Positions 37,792-48,915 of a stretch of DNA of 64,000 bases are shown piece after piece (the first letter of the stretch is position 1; every line of letters begins with the position of its first letter). The notes under the pieces are model-generated. The model ran no database searches. It saw only the letters and a list, made by a program, of their open reading frames with translations, and was not told the DNA's origin. This stretch comes from Lama guanicoe (taxonomy: Eukaryota), in assembly GCA_013239625.1 (NCBI GenBank), contig MU054323.1, forward strand, positions 11,677,815 to 11,741,814, written 5' to 3'. The position numbers were made by a program, and so were the translations under genes.

Positions 37792-38076
37792 AGGATCAGA
37801 GAAGAGTCATTCCCTCCTCTTACCTAAAGAGGTAAATGTTCCTCAGACTGAAGCAACTGAGATAAGGCCTGTAGCCTAGTAACTCCAGGGTTGTAGCCAG
37901 ACCCACACACTGAACTCAGGAATGGTCTGGCTGAGGGCCAGGCATCCAACATCTCTTCTTCTCCAGGGGACTCACAACGGTGGGCCCTCTGGAAGGTATG
38001 AGCTGGGGAGGCAAGAAGCCAAGACTCCCCAGGCTTTCCTTCTAGACAGTCAGTCCATCCCAGAGGCAGTCCTGCA
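37792..38076 (+). repeat. Third unit (A+B, 285 bp); segment A is present in three copies
   Basis: aggatcagagaagagtcattccc...gggccctct (37792-37990) equals 35346-35544 and is near-identical to 37507-37704. It is followed by the second B copy. Confidence 0.97.
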
Positions 38077-38904
38077 CCAAATTCTGCCTCCGTCCCCTCC
38101 TTTTATTCTCACTTCCATCTGCCCGAGCCTGGCCCACACTCTTGGTCTGAGGGACTGCAATGGCCTCCTGACGGCTCCTTATTTCACTCCTCTCCCCTTC
38201 TTTCCACATTTATCTTCCCGACACCCTCTTCACATACATAACTCTCCCTACCTTTGGTAGTTACCTAAGCTAAAACTCGGCTACATCCCAAGGCTTCTGC
38301 CATGGTGTCAACCCTCCAGTCCTGCCCCACAGTTCCCTTGCCCGAGCCTTCCGGTCCTCCTAACCCAGTCCATGCCTCCTTGGTCACATCTGCGCCACAA
38401 CCTCCACACGCATTTTCCTTGTCCAGCCACCGTCCTTTCCAGGGCTGCCTCAGTGTACCCGGTATGTGACGCTTAGCCCAGGTCAGCTCCTCTATCTTGC
38501 TTCCCATGGGCTCCCTGGCTTCCCTCCCCTTTCTGCACGACTGTGCCATCTTCTCTGTGGGCAGCGGCCACGATTCTACTCCTTGATGTTCCCAAGGGCC
38601 AGTGACTCCGCTAACTGCAGTCACTCTCCTCATCTCTAAACGCAGTATCACAGCAAAGCGGTGAGGCTTCACTGATAGAACATATATAAGATGCCTGCCA
38701 CGTGTCAGGGGAATAGTTTGATCAATAAATGTTGGCTGATTATGCTCCTGGATTTATGTGCTAACACAGAGAATTTTCTGTTGAGTGAAGGTGGTTTTAA
38801 ATTTCCCGTGATTTAATTTTCTCCCTCTGTTCTGAGGATTCATTCCCATGCCTGCACTTGCAAACCCTGATGCTTTCAGTAGATAGTTTGCCAGTGTGGT
38901 GCTC

Positions 38905-39260
38905 TTTGAATCCATCAGTCATCAGCTGATACGGAGGAAGAGTCTGAGTGCCAGGCACTGTGCCAGGCTCTGGAGGGAGGTGCAAAGATAGGTCAGCAGC
39001 CCTGCCCACGTTGCTCAAGGAGGGGAGAGGGAAAGCGGGCAACTCGGGATAACAGGTGCTGCTCAGGGGGAAGCATGTGCATAGGATGAGCTGCCCTACT
39101 CAGCCTGAAGGGGCAAAATGTCTTCCTAGAGCAGGGACTCCACCAACCTGGACTCCTGAAAGGCAAAAGAGCATGCTGAGCAGAGAGAGCAGCGAAGATA
39201 AGGTGTGAACCTTTGAGCACAGTCAGGCAGCTGCAAGCCTAGGCTTGGCTGGGGTGGACG
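38905..39260 (-). mobile_element. L2 LINE fragment
   Basis: gtgccaggcactgtgccaggctctggag...cagccctgccc...tcttcctagagcaggg is reverse L2 3' end-like. Boundaries approximate. Confidence 0.5.
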
Positions 39261-40419
39261 TGCCCTCAGAGAGGGGTGCCCAGGCGGCATTACAGGGTTT
39301 TGGATGAGGAACGATGCATCCGCATTTGGGATGCTCTCTACAGAGGAGGTGTGGAGGATGGACCAGCGTGGGGCCGGAGCCCGGTGGGAGGGCAGCTGCA
39401 GTCACCCTGGTGGAGAGGGCAGCAGCTGAGCAGGGAGCCAGGTCAGGGACCAACAGCTATCTAAGAGGCAGACACAACAAAGTGAGGGTGAGGGAGGAGG
39501 AGGATGCCAAGGATTTGGGCTGAGGTCACAGGGTGAACAATAAACCTGCCCTGAGATGGAGCAGGTGACCTGAGAGAAAAATGGGTCCTTGATGTCTTGA
39601 GAGGTGGCCCGGGCAGGCTCAGTGAGGCTTGTGGTAAGGAAAAAATGATGTGTCTGTCTGATGAATCAAAGAGAGACAAGGAGGAGCGGGCAAGCAGGAG
39701 AACAGAGGTAACGATGCCTGGTCGGGCTGGTATCAGGGAGGTCACTGTGAGGGCCAGGGGAGGGCAGGAGGTGAGCACTGTCAGATACAATAAGCTTCAA
39801 TCTGCTGTAAGTGGCTCCTCTTGCTCCCATCCAGGGCACCAAGGACACCACAAGGCGCATTTGCCGATCTCACCCCCAGCAGCCCAGATGGAGCCCTGCC
39901 TGGCTACATGACTCCATGGGTCCCCCGGCAGAGCCTATCTTCTGTCACATCACACTCTGTGAGTTTTCCTGCTGTCCTCAGCCCCCGGGACTCACATCAC
40001 TCCATCCCACTGTCTGTCACCGTGGCCGCTCGGCTGGCCTCCTTCCCACAGCTTCTCCCACCAGCAGCTGTCATCTCCTCTCTGCTCTTTTCATCTCTTG
40101 TCAAACACACGTTATACTTCCTGCCCACCCCCCCCGCCCTTAAATCACTCCCTCTGCTGGCCTTGGCTTCCATCCCCGGTATCTGAAAAGTGCAAATTTC
40201 ACCAGACATAGCATCGCAATTGCCTCAGAGCTTATTTTGTGTTCCAGTGGGAAAAAAAGTGAGTCTGACATTCAGGCAAGTTAAGTATTGGGTGCCGGGA
40301 GCCCAGGCTGAGGCAGGCAGATAGCTCTCAGCGGAAATTCCCTGCCTGCGCCCCCTGTGTGCTGATGTGTGCCTGAGTGCTGATGCTGGTCCTCGTACTC
40401 ATCACCACAGCCAATAAAC

Positions 40420-40580
40420 TGTCACCGAGTGCTTACTAGGGATTAAAGGCTGGGCTCTGCATCTGACATCGACTATGGATTTGCTCACGCTCACAGCAAC
40501 CCTGGGTACCATTATTATTCCCATTTTAAAGGTAAGGAAAGTGAGGCTCAGGGGTTTGAGTAACTCACCCAAGGACCAGC
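40420..40580 (-). mobile_element. MIR SINE
   Basis: gagtgcttacta...cacagcaaccctgggtaccattattattcccattttaaaggtaaggaaagtgaggctcaggggtttgagtaactcacccaagg. Confidence 0.8.
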
Positions 40581-41750
40581 GAGAAAATAACAGAGTTGCC
40601 TCCTTCCAAAGCTCACATGGCAAGGAGAACTACTTTGCCACTCAGCGAACAACTTGCCTTGCCTGGGCCTCAGTTTCCTCCACTGTGAAGTGACAATGAT
40701 CCCTCCATCCAATGGGCTACTGAGGACAGCACATCTAAGAGATGTGAGAGGGCTCTGGGAAGTCTCCTGTAAACAGAAGTGTAATTATTCTTATTCTACG
40801 GACTTGCTGCGAGGTTCTGCCTTTTACTTAGGAATTGCTCCAGGTGCCCTCAGCCTCAAGCCAGTCCTATCAGCCCTGTTTCTTTCCAGCCTTAGAGGCA
40901 TCAAACCACACCAAGGGTTCTTCAAAGTGCTGGAGGGAAGCGGTGACTAAACATGACAGCGTTCTGGGTCTTAAAAGGGAAAAGTCTGTATGTTCCAACT
41001 CCCTATTCTAGACTGATAAACGTGGGCAGGTCACCAGTTTGCAGCCAAGCTGCCACCCATGTGATGTCAACTCCAGAAGCAAACAGCTTTCTTGTCATTG
41101 TGTTTTAATAGATTCTGAGACCTTCAGGTAAGTGCAAAGACAGTGTCAAACCAGCTTACATTTGGATCTGCAGCAGGGAGGGAGTCGGGTAACCTCTACT
41201 GAGGGGAAGGCGCAAAGCGGGTGGGGAAGGCTGAACATGGAAACGGCCGTGGCCACAATGAAAGAGGACAGCTCTACTCGTTCTGCGGGGCCCTCGAGTC
41301 CTGCAGGAAGGGAAGTGTGTGAGGAGAAAGAGTAATCCCTGGCCTTGGGGGTGGGGACATGCTGCTGAGCCGGAGGGAGTCCTGCATCTGGAAATAGCGT
41401 CCACTCTCGATTCGGTTCCTAAGTCACTTCCCACACGTTTTTACTGGCTGCGTATATTCCACCAGCAACAGAGCTGGAAGTGACCTTAATAACTATCTTC
41501 TGGGTGAGGAAACAGACACCTAGAGAGCTGAAGAGTTGGGGAGTATCTCAGACTGAACCCAGATCTTCTCAGGTACAGCCCAGCTATTTCCCCCCTCACT
41601 TTATCATGCTGCCAAGGTGTGGGCCAAAATGCCAAAAGCTAATCAGAAGAGGAGCAGGTAACTAAGGACGGACTAAGACCCAGGCTTCGTGCTTGGTTCT
41701 TGAGCAAAGTGCAGGGAAAGATGAATAGGGAAGGGGCGAGACCCTTGACC

Positions 41751-42510
41751 AAATATTCAAGTGGCCAATACACTTAAGGAAGAGGTGCTCCACTTCCCAG
41801 ATCAGTGGGGAAAGGCAGATTTAAACCACAGTAAGATACTGCTGCTTAGCCTCTGGAAAGGCTAAAGTGAAAGACAGGCCATAGGAAGTGATGGGCAACA
41901 AAGACGTGGAGCCACTGGAACTCTCACACCGCCGGTGGGAGTGGAAAGGGCACAGCCACTGCCCTAGATGTTTGACAGTATCTCTAGAAAAGTTGCCATG
42001 GATACACCCTACAGAAACACATATGCCTGTTCGCCAAAAGACCAACACAAGGTTACTCACAGGAGCTCTAATCAGAAGAATTCCACATTGGAAAAACCTC
42101 AAACGAATGTTAACAGTAGAATAGATATATAAATGGTTATATATTCCTACGAAGGAATACTATTCAGCAACGAGAATGAACAAACTGTCTTGCAAAATGT
42201 GGCTGGATTTCACACACATATTTTTAGGGAAGCCAGACACACCAAGGACAGACTGTGTAATTCTATTTATAAATGGTTCGAGAACAGGCAAAGCTTGTCT
42301 ATGGCATTTGAAGGCCAGGCAGTGTTACGGTGGGGAGTAGGGGCAAGGGACAAAGGCAGCATTTGGCAAACTGAAGGCCTTGTCCTTGATCGAGGTGCTT
42401 GATGTAGGAACACAGGTGACTTCTCTTGGAAAAAATTCTTCAAGCTGTACATGTACCAAGTATGAGCTTTCCAGGATGGATGTGATACTTTGACAGAAAG
42501 TTTACTTTAA
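41751..42510 (+). mobile_element. Old L1 (L1ME/L1MC-like) 3' end: ORF2 C-terminus plus 3'UTR
   Basis: aagtggccaatacac...taaaccacagtaagatac...gacgtggagccactggaactctcacac...ggaatactattcagca...agccagacac...acaggcaaag...caagctgtaca follows the ancient L1 3' consensus order. Confidence 0.8.
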
Positions 42511-42640
42511 GAGAAGATGAAGAGAGATCCTCATCCTGGGGCATATTTTGGTCTTGCAGGAATCTTTCAATAGCCATGGAACTGGAAGGATTCAATACAG
42601 CCCAAGTAACAGGCAAGGGCTGTATTGAAACAGGCAGCAA

Positions 42641-42786
42641 GGGGGAGGGTGCAGCTCAGTGGTAGAGCACCTGCTTTGCATGCAGGTGGTCCTGGGTTCA
42701 ATCCCCAAAACCTCCACCAAAAATAAACAAATAAATGAACCTAATTACCTCCACCACTAAAAAAAGAGAAAGAAAGAAAGGAAAAA
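42641..42786 (+). mobile_element. Camelid-type tRNA-derived SINE (Vic-1-like) with perfect 14-bp TSD
   Basis: gggggagggtgcagctcagtggtagagc (A box)...gggttcaatccc (B box)...aaataaatgaacctaattacctcc plus A-rich tail. TSD gaaacaggcagcaa at 42627-42640 and 42787-42800. Confidence 0.9.
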
Positions 42787-45700
42787 GAAACAGGCAGCAA
42801 ACTCATCAATGCCTTCTCCCTCCACCTCTTAGAACTCCAGCCACCTTGGTGCCCCTCAGCACGCTAGAGAGAGCCCCTCAGAACCCAGAGCGCAAATCCA
42901 GGGCTTCCTCCTCAGCCTTCAGCCTTTAAAAGTGCACACCCAAAACCTAATTTTCAAAAAAAAAGATATTTGTGAGGAGAAAGAAACGATCCCACCTCCC
43001 CCTTGTTGTTACTGGCCCTAAGATCCAGGACTTAGTTTTGAGGCCAGTGTAAGTGAACATTCTTCCCCCGGGGAGTGGCTGTCAGGTGAGGAGGGGCTGG
43101 TGGCTTGTGCGGGGCACGAAGGTAGTTTCTGATCATCCAGCTGGGGGTTTGCTCACTTGGGGAATCTCGGCTCCTGAGAGCACATACCAGCCTTGCTCCT
43201 TTACTCTTTTTTCTACTGCATAGTTTCTAACTCCTGTGTTTTGTGCCATGGCCAAGACAGAAATAGCTACACCCAAACCAGGGAAAGAGCAGGAGATGGG
43301 TGCTTAAAAATCAAGGGCAGGGAGGCTGTGCATTAACTCCAAAGTTAAGGCTATGGCCTCAGGGCAATTCACATTTGAGCATCAGGAATCAGTCCCAGGT
43401 GGATTTCCACCACTAGACCGTGAGCACCTGGAGAACGGGGACCAGTTCCTAGCACAGAGCTCGGCACGTGGTTAGTGTTCAGTAAATGTGCTGAGTGGAT
43501 GGATGAGCAGATGAACCGGAAAATTAGTGAGTGAGTGAGACGCACAGTATAACGTCAGGTTGGTGGGAATTAACCAGGAAACAAGGTGGGAGAAAACATT
43601 AGCTAAGGCCGTTTGTCCAGATGAATTCTCATCAGTAGCTTTTCTGGACGTGTCCCCTTTCAAAAACTGAGGAGCTGCCCCTTCACGAAATCTGTGTGGA
43701 ACTCACAGAGCAGGCAGGGGGAGAGGCCTGCAAGAGCAGCACACCAGGGACAGGGGACCTGAGAAAGTGAAAGGAATCCTGGCCCAGAGGCCCCTGCTCC
43801 TCCAGTCTCTATGGTCTTTCTCTCCCCTCACCCTGGTGAGAACCCACTCCCAGGACCTGCAGGTGGTTCTGCAAACAGCGGTACCCAAGCCAGCAGATGC
43901 AGTTCTCCTACTGAGATATTCCAGGGTGTTGGGAAACTCCTCCCACTATCCCCCTTCCAAGGCTCCTTGAAACTGAGATGCCCTGGAGTGAAGTGCTCTC
44001 AGAGCCACGGCCAGCAGGCTCACAAACTCCTGCACTGAAAAATGGCGCACGGGGGGACCAGGACGCAGCAGATGGGCGAGCTAGTTTGCAAAGCTAAGTG
44101 TCTGTGATAGGTTTCCCCTCCCCTCCCCTCCACCTTGATGTGGAATCACCAACTCTGTGCTGAGCTAGTGGAATAGCCTTGACTCTGAGGGAATATGAAT
44201 ATTTTTTATGCTTAGCCATTCCAGCCGTAAAGATTTTTATCCTATTACTGTTAAGTGACGAGTACGCGGAGAGAGATGATGATGATCTTTGGCGGCCATT
44301 CTGACCGAGTAAATACAAGGAGGGAGAAATGCAGTCCCAGACTGGGCCATGGCCCCTTCATTTCCCAGGATGAAAAGGAGCAAAGGAAAAATGCCTTCCT
44401 GGTGAGATGTATCGAAGTGTGGAATTTTCCCTCCAGGCAAGCGATGGGCATCCCACTGTTTGAACCATTTAGCACTGCGCTGGACAGAGCCCGGGAGCAT
44501 ATGCCAAGGGGAACAATCAAGCCCAGCCTGGCCAGGGGGAGGGGACCTAATGAGGCTCCCCAGCTCTCAGTGCCCCAGCCCCCAGCTCACGGGCACATCC
44601 GCCCCACCACCTGCTCCCCTGCAATGAAAGCAAGCCCATAATATGCATTGCTAGGCAACAGCGAAAATACACATGTGCTTTATCAAAATATTGCCCCCCT
44701 TCTCAGGGGTGTGCCTCCATTTAATGGCTTCATGTCTTTCAGACGTTTTATGTGCCACTTGGATGATGGCAAATCCAGCTGTTGTCACCAGAATGTGGTG
44801 ACGGGGGTGGGGGCGACAGGACTGGAAAATGAGAACTATGTTGGACCGGTCAATGCTTTATAAACAACAGAACTCCCCCAGGAAATCTTCTCAGACTCCC
44901 CCCAGCTAGATTCTGTCTCTTCCTTACTTGAAATAGTTATTTACGGCACACTCCTCCCACCCCACCCCACCCCATACAGGCAGCCACGTCTCTTCATCCT
45001 CATGACCTCAGGGGACCTGGGTCATGCCCTGGAAATTAAGGCTATCGTCTGTGTTAACAGAATTATGCGCCTTAGGGGGGAAATTCGGAACTAGGGTGCC
45101 CCAAAGAGGCGCCCCGTGTTGTGTTCACGTGAGGCAGGTGGGAGAGCAGTGTGTATGTATGTGTTTATATCCAGAGAGAGAAGACCAACTGTGCAGAACA
45201 AATCCATCTACAATCAGGTGGCACTCACGCAATGACAAAGCTTTGAGGTTATCTAGTCCAACTACAGATGAGAAAACAAAGCTAAGAGAGGGGCAGGGAC
45301 GGGCAGAGGGCCATTGCTGGTCACCTCGTCCCCACTCTTCTTACAGGGACTGACTTGGAGATGGGGAGCCTGAGCCGCAGCAAAGACACGTCTGAAGACC
45401 TAAGACAGCAGGTTGCCATCTCAAGATGGTGAAAATGTCAAATGTTACATAAGGGGTGGGGTGGGCACAGGAAGGCTGGTGACCCCAAAGAGCAAAGGAG
45501 TAGACCCACTGGAAAGTGTAGACACTCACTTTTTAAACTATCCTGGGGGTGAGCATCACCCCATGGCCCCCCAAAACCCTGGAATGGGGAGTTCAAAGCC
45601 TGCCCCACCTCATCTCCTACTCCTCACCTAGGTCATCCCAGGCTCCAGGTAGACCCCATTGCCCTCCACAAAGTACCATGGGCTCCATGCGGCAGAGGCC

Positions 45701-46799
45701 CAGGAGAAAGATGGTGACTCCGTTCCATTCCACATAGGTGATCCAGCTCCCGGCCGCTCTGGGGCTTCTAGCACATGACGCCCCGCCACCACCTGTTTGT
45801 CGGGGGTTCCACACTGCCAACGCATGTGGCTTTTCAATCAGCACAACGGGCTGTTGGGAGGAAACCTCCACAGCAGCCTCCCTCCTTCCCCCACTTCTCC
45901 CCTCCTCACTCCACCTGCTGCATCTTTGGACTCCTAAGCCATCCCCCTAGTGCCTGCTCTCTCCGTAATGCCTGCTCTCATGCTCAGCTAATAGTTCTCT
46001 GTTTCAGGCACTGTCCAAACGCATCCTATAAATCACAGTCCAATTACTGTGGTAGGAAAATTGGAAGCAAATTTAATAAGCTCAGACCCCTCCCACAGGC
46101 TGTTTCTTCACACTTCTCTTCTCATTAATGAGAACTCTTTAAGGGGAAAGGCCTTTTTCCTTTAACAGAGGCTGTTCTCCTGATCCCTTATCTGAAGCTC
46201 CTGAGGATGGAAGGACATGGAGAAGGGGGCTTCCTCTAGCTTCTCTTGTCCTGTGTACTCATAAGGCAGATGGGAAGAAGAGCAGTCAATTGTCTTCTCA
46301 GGCTTGTTCTACCTTTCATTTGTTCAACAGTTATTGAATTCCTGGCATGCATCTAAGATTACTCCCCGTAGAGGGCAACTGGTGTCGTAACTAGTAGGAC
46401 CTTAGCTGCAAGGCATAATGGGAACACCCACAGGGAGAGCGGAGCTTTGTCCATGGGGTGGGGGTGGGGTGGCGTCCCACAAAGGAACCAGGAGCCCAGG
46501 GTGGGCCAATGGCCGCAGTAGGACCTTTTCGGTAAAGGTGATGCCAACTGTCAAGACGATGGCAGCATATAGACCCTCTGGTTGAAGAAACTGGGGGAAG
46601 AGGAGGGGCAGGAAGGACCCAGGGAAGCCAGAGGTCTCCCCAGTGGGTGAAGCAATCCTGTCACTTGGACAGAGGGAGAGGGTTGCAGCCCGGAGGCAGG
46701 GAGACCTCTCCTTTCTACTCAGGAACTTTTGGCTGGACCAACCCACCCATGGACACAAAGTCTCCACAATGGGAAGCCACAGTGCTAGCTGACGCTCTG

Positions 46800-46940
46800 C
46801 AGTTGGTAAACTTGAGCGGGCGTCGGAATCACCGGTGGTGCTGGTGGAGGTTGCCAGGCTCCACCCCCAGAGTTCCTCACTCAGTAGTTCTGGAGGGAAG
46901 CTTAAGAATTTGCACTTCTAACAAGCCTATCAGGTGCTAA
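46800..46940 (-). mobile_element. MER5A fragment
   Basis: aaacttgagcgggcgtcggaatcacc...ccacccccagagttcctcactcagtag...agaatttgcacttctaacaag matches reverse MER5A. Confidence 0.75.
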
Positions 46941-48334
46941 GGACTAGGGTTAGTGCTGGGGAATTTTAATAGGAACAATACAAGACTCTGACTTTAAGAA
47001 GCTCTCAGGCAAGCAGCGAGAGTGTTCTGGGTAGAGCCCATCCCCCAGGTATCTGGTTATAGAGCACTCCCAGGCCCCGCGGTAAGGAAGTGTCTCACGG
47101 GTACCTTAACAGGAGGGTTAAGTTCGCAGACTCCCAGAGTTAGAAGAAGCCACAGATCCCATCCAGTTCAGCCCCCTGGCTTTATTCATGGGGAAACCAG
47201 GACTCCAGCTCCTCTTAGGAATGATGGTGATTAACCAGGACCAGTTGAGCCCTCCCTGGGACACGAGCTGCCTAAGTCACAGTTTCTGATTTGTGCAACC
47301 TCGCTGGGGAGACTAGGTCCACCAGCTTTCACATATTCCCAACTAAGCACCACCTGACTGACAATTATTACTGTCTTGTGCCTAAACCCCAGTGTCCACA
47401 ATTTGGTACCCAGAAGTCCAAACAAATATAGAAATCTAAGAAGCTAACAGCAGTCCTACAGCCTCTCAGTTCAACACTGCCTTCAAGCCCCTTGACCCCC
47501 AAGCTTGCCCATTTGCTATTCTGGTTACAACATCAATTTCCGGCAGCAGACAGGAAACACACCGTCATGGGTCTTGGACATGGCTGCACCTCCCAGCTTG
47601 GAGGCTAAGATGGGAGGTACTGGCCTGAGACTGACCTGTTTCCTCACGCCTCCCTGGGAAGCAAAGGGCTGGCATGACCCTAGGAAAGATTGGAAATGAG
47701 GCAAGGTGCCCTTACAAAGCCTCTTTTTGCTGGGAAACAAAGCTTTCCACATTGCCCCAGGCCTGATCTCTGCAACCATCTGAAGATATGGCCTGACCAA
47801 GGGGATGGCAGAATGGACCATGTCGAAGGACTGCTTAGAAGCAGACAGTGGACCCAATGGCAAGTGAAGAGGCCCCACTAGCTTCTCCTCTCATGTGGCA
47901 AAGTGTCAGGCTGTCAGAGGAAGGACCTCTCCCAGCAACAGAAGAGACCGCTGGCCTGACTTCCCAGGGCTTGCCCATCCTGCCCCTCCCAGTGTGAAAG
48001 CCAGGCCCAGCCACGGGAATCTGCCAGGGGAAAACAGGCCCTGGCTGGAGGGTGTTTAGTGCTCCATAATTTCATGGCAGGTGGGCTCAGAGTGACCACC
48101 GGGTGAGAGGGGCAAGGTGCAGGCGCAAGAGGCCGCCCACCCACTCCACGGGATGCTTTGGGATGGCTCGTGACAATAAGCAGGACAGACAGGGTGATTT
48201 ACCACATCACAGACCCCTTGGTGTCCAACTGGCAATAAATAGTTGGCCTGCCCCAATTCGTGGCACTGGGCACTGCACAAATCAAGCCTGCTATGGGTCA
48301 GTCTTGACTGTGGGGAGGGGTTGGGAAGAAGTAC

Positions 48335-48504
48335 CTTAAAAGGCGAGTGTCCGGGACCACCCGGTTGCTGGCAACGCGCTCGCTCTCCCGCTGGTTGAAA
48401 GCATACAGCTTATAGGGATCGTCACCGACGCGCCACTTCTTGGCATTCAGATACTGCCGCTCATCAAACTGGTCCCACAGGTCATCCCAGTCAGCATCCG
48501 AAAT
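48335..48504 (-). CDS. GALNT14: GALNT14 coding exon 2 (170 nt, phase 0/2), lumenal stem region
   Basis: Acceptor ...gtcatacag|ATT TCG GAT; donor TTA AG|gtactt. Translates [56 protein letters not shown](R). Confidence 0.95.
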
Positions 48505-48689
48505 CTGTATGACACAAATGGGAAGTCTGTGAGAATGGCTTCTGGCTCTCAGCCCCCTCTGTCCGTCAGTGCCCAGCCACAGGGACCAGGCTTGTGCGGG
48601 CGAGGTTTAGCTCAAAGATGGGGGCAGAGGTGTCGGATGTTCATTAAACCATCAGCAACAACAGACAGAATGACGGCGACAATGGCAGG

Positions 48690-48915
48690 TACCATTTGAG
48701 TGCTGCGCTCATATACCAGGCGCTCTGCTAGGTACCCGGACTCACATCATCTCGTGTGATCCTCATAGCAGTTTTAGGAGATGGATGTTGGTCATACTCC
48801 CACCACACAGATAAGGAAGCAGCCACAGTAGCCCAAGTACCTTGCTCAAGATCCCACAATTAGGAAGCGTCAGGGCTGGGACTTAGATTCTAGAATATGA
48901 ACCCCAGAGGCCACT
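48690..48915 (-). mobile_element. MIR SINE
   Basis: ccatttgagtgct...accaggcgctctgctagg...catcatctcgtgtgatcctcatagca...cagataaggaagc...cttgctcaagatcccaca. Confidence 0.7.

Larger units (their letters stand above)
4644..48504 (-). other. GALNT14: GALNT14 gene span from exon 2 to exon 9 (gene continues beyond both window ends)
   Basis: Eight GT-AG exons with compatible phases join into one ORF: [267 protein letters not shown]. This closely matches human GALNT14 as I recall it. Introns: 25726, 5757, 2094, 140, 6717, 747 and 1878 nt. Confidence 0.96.

Noticed and set aside
42641-42715. tRNA-like sequence as a bona fide tRNA gene
   Set aside because: It is followed by a SINE body and A-rich tail and flanked by a TSD, so it is a retroposed SINE head.
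4644-48504. Assignment to paralogues GALNT16 or GALNT2
   Set aside because: The stem peptide [14 protein letters not shown] and [20 protein letters not shown] match GALNT14 as I recall it. A reciprocal BLAST would confirm.
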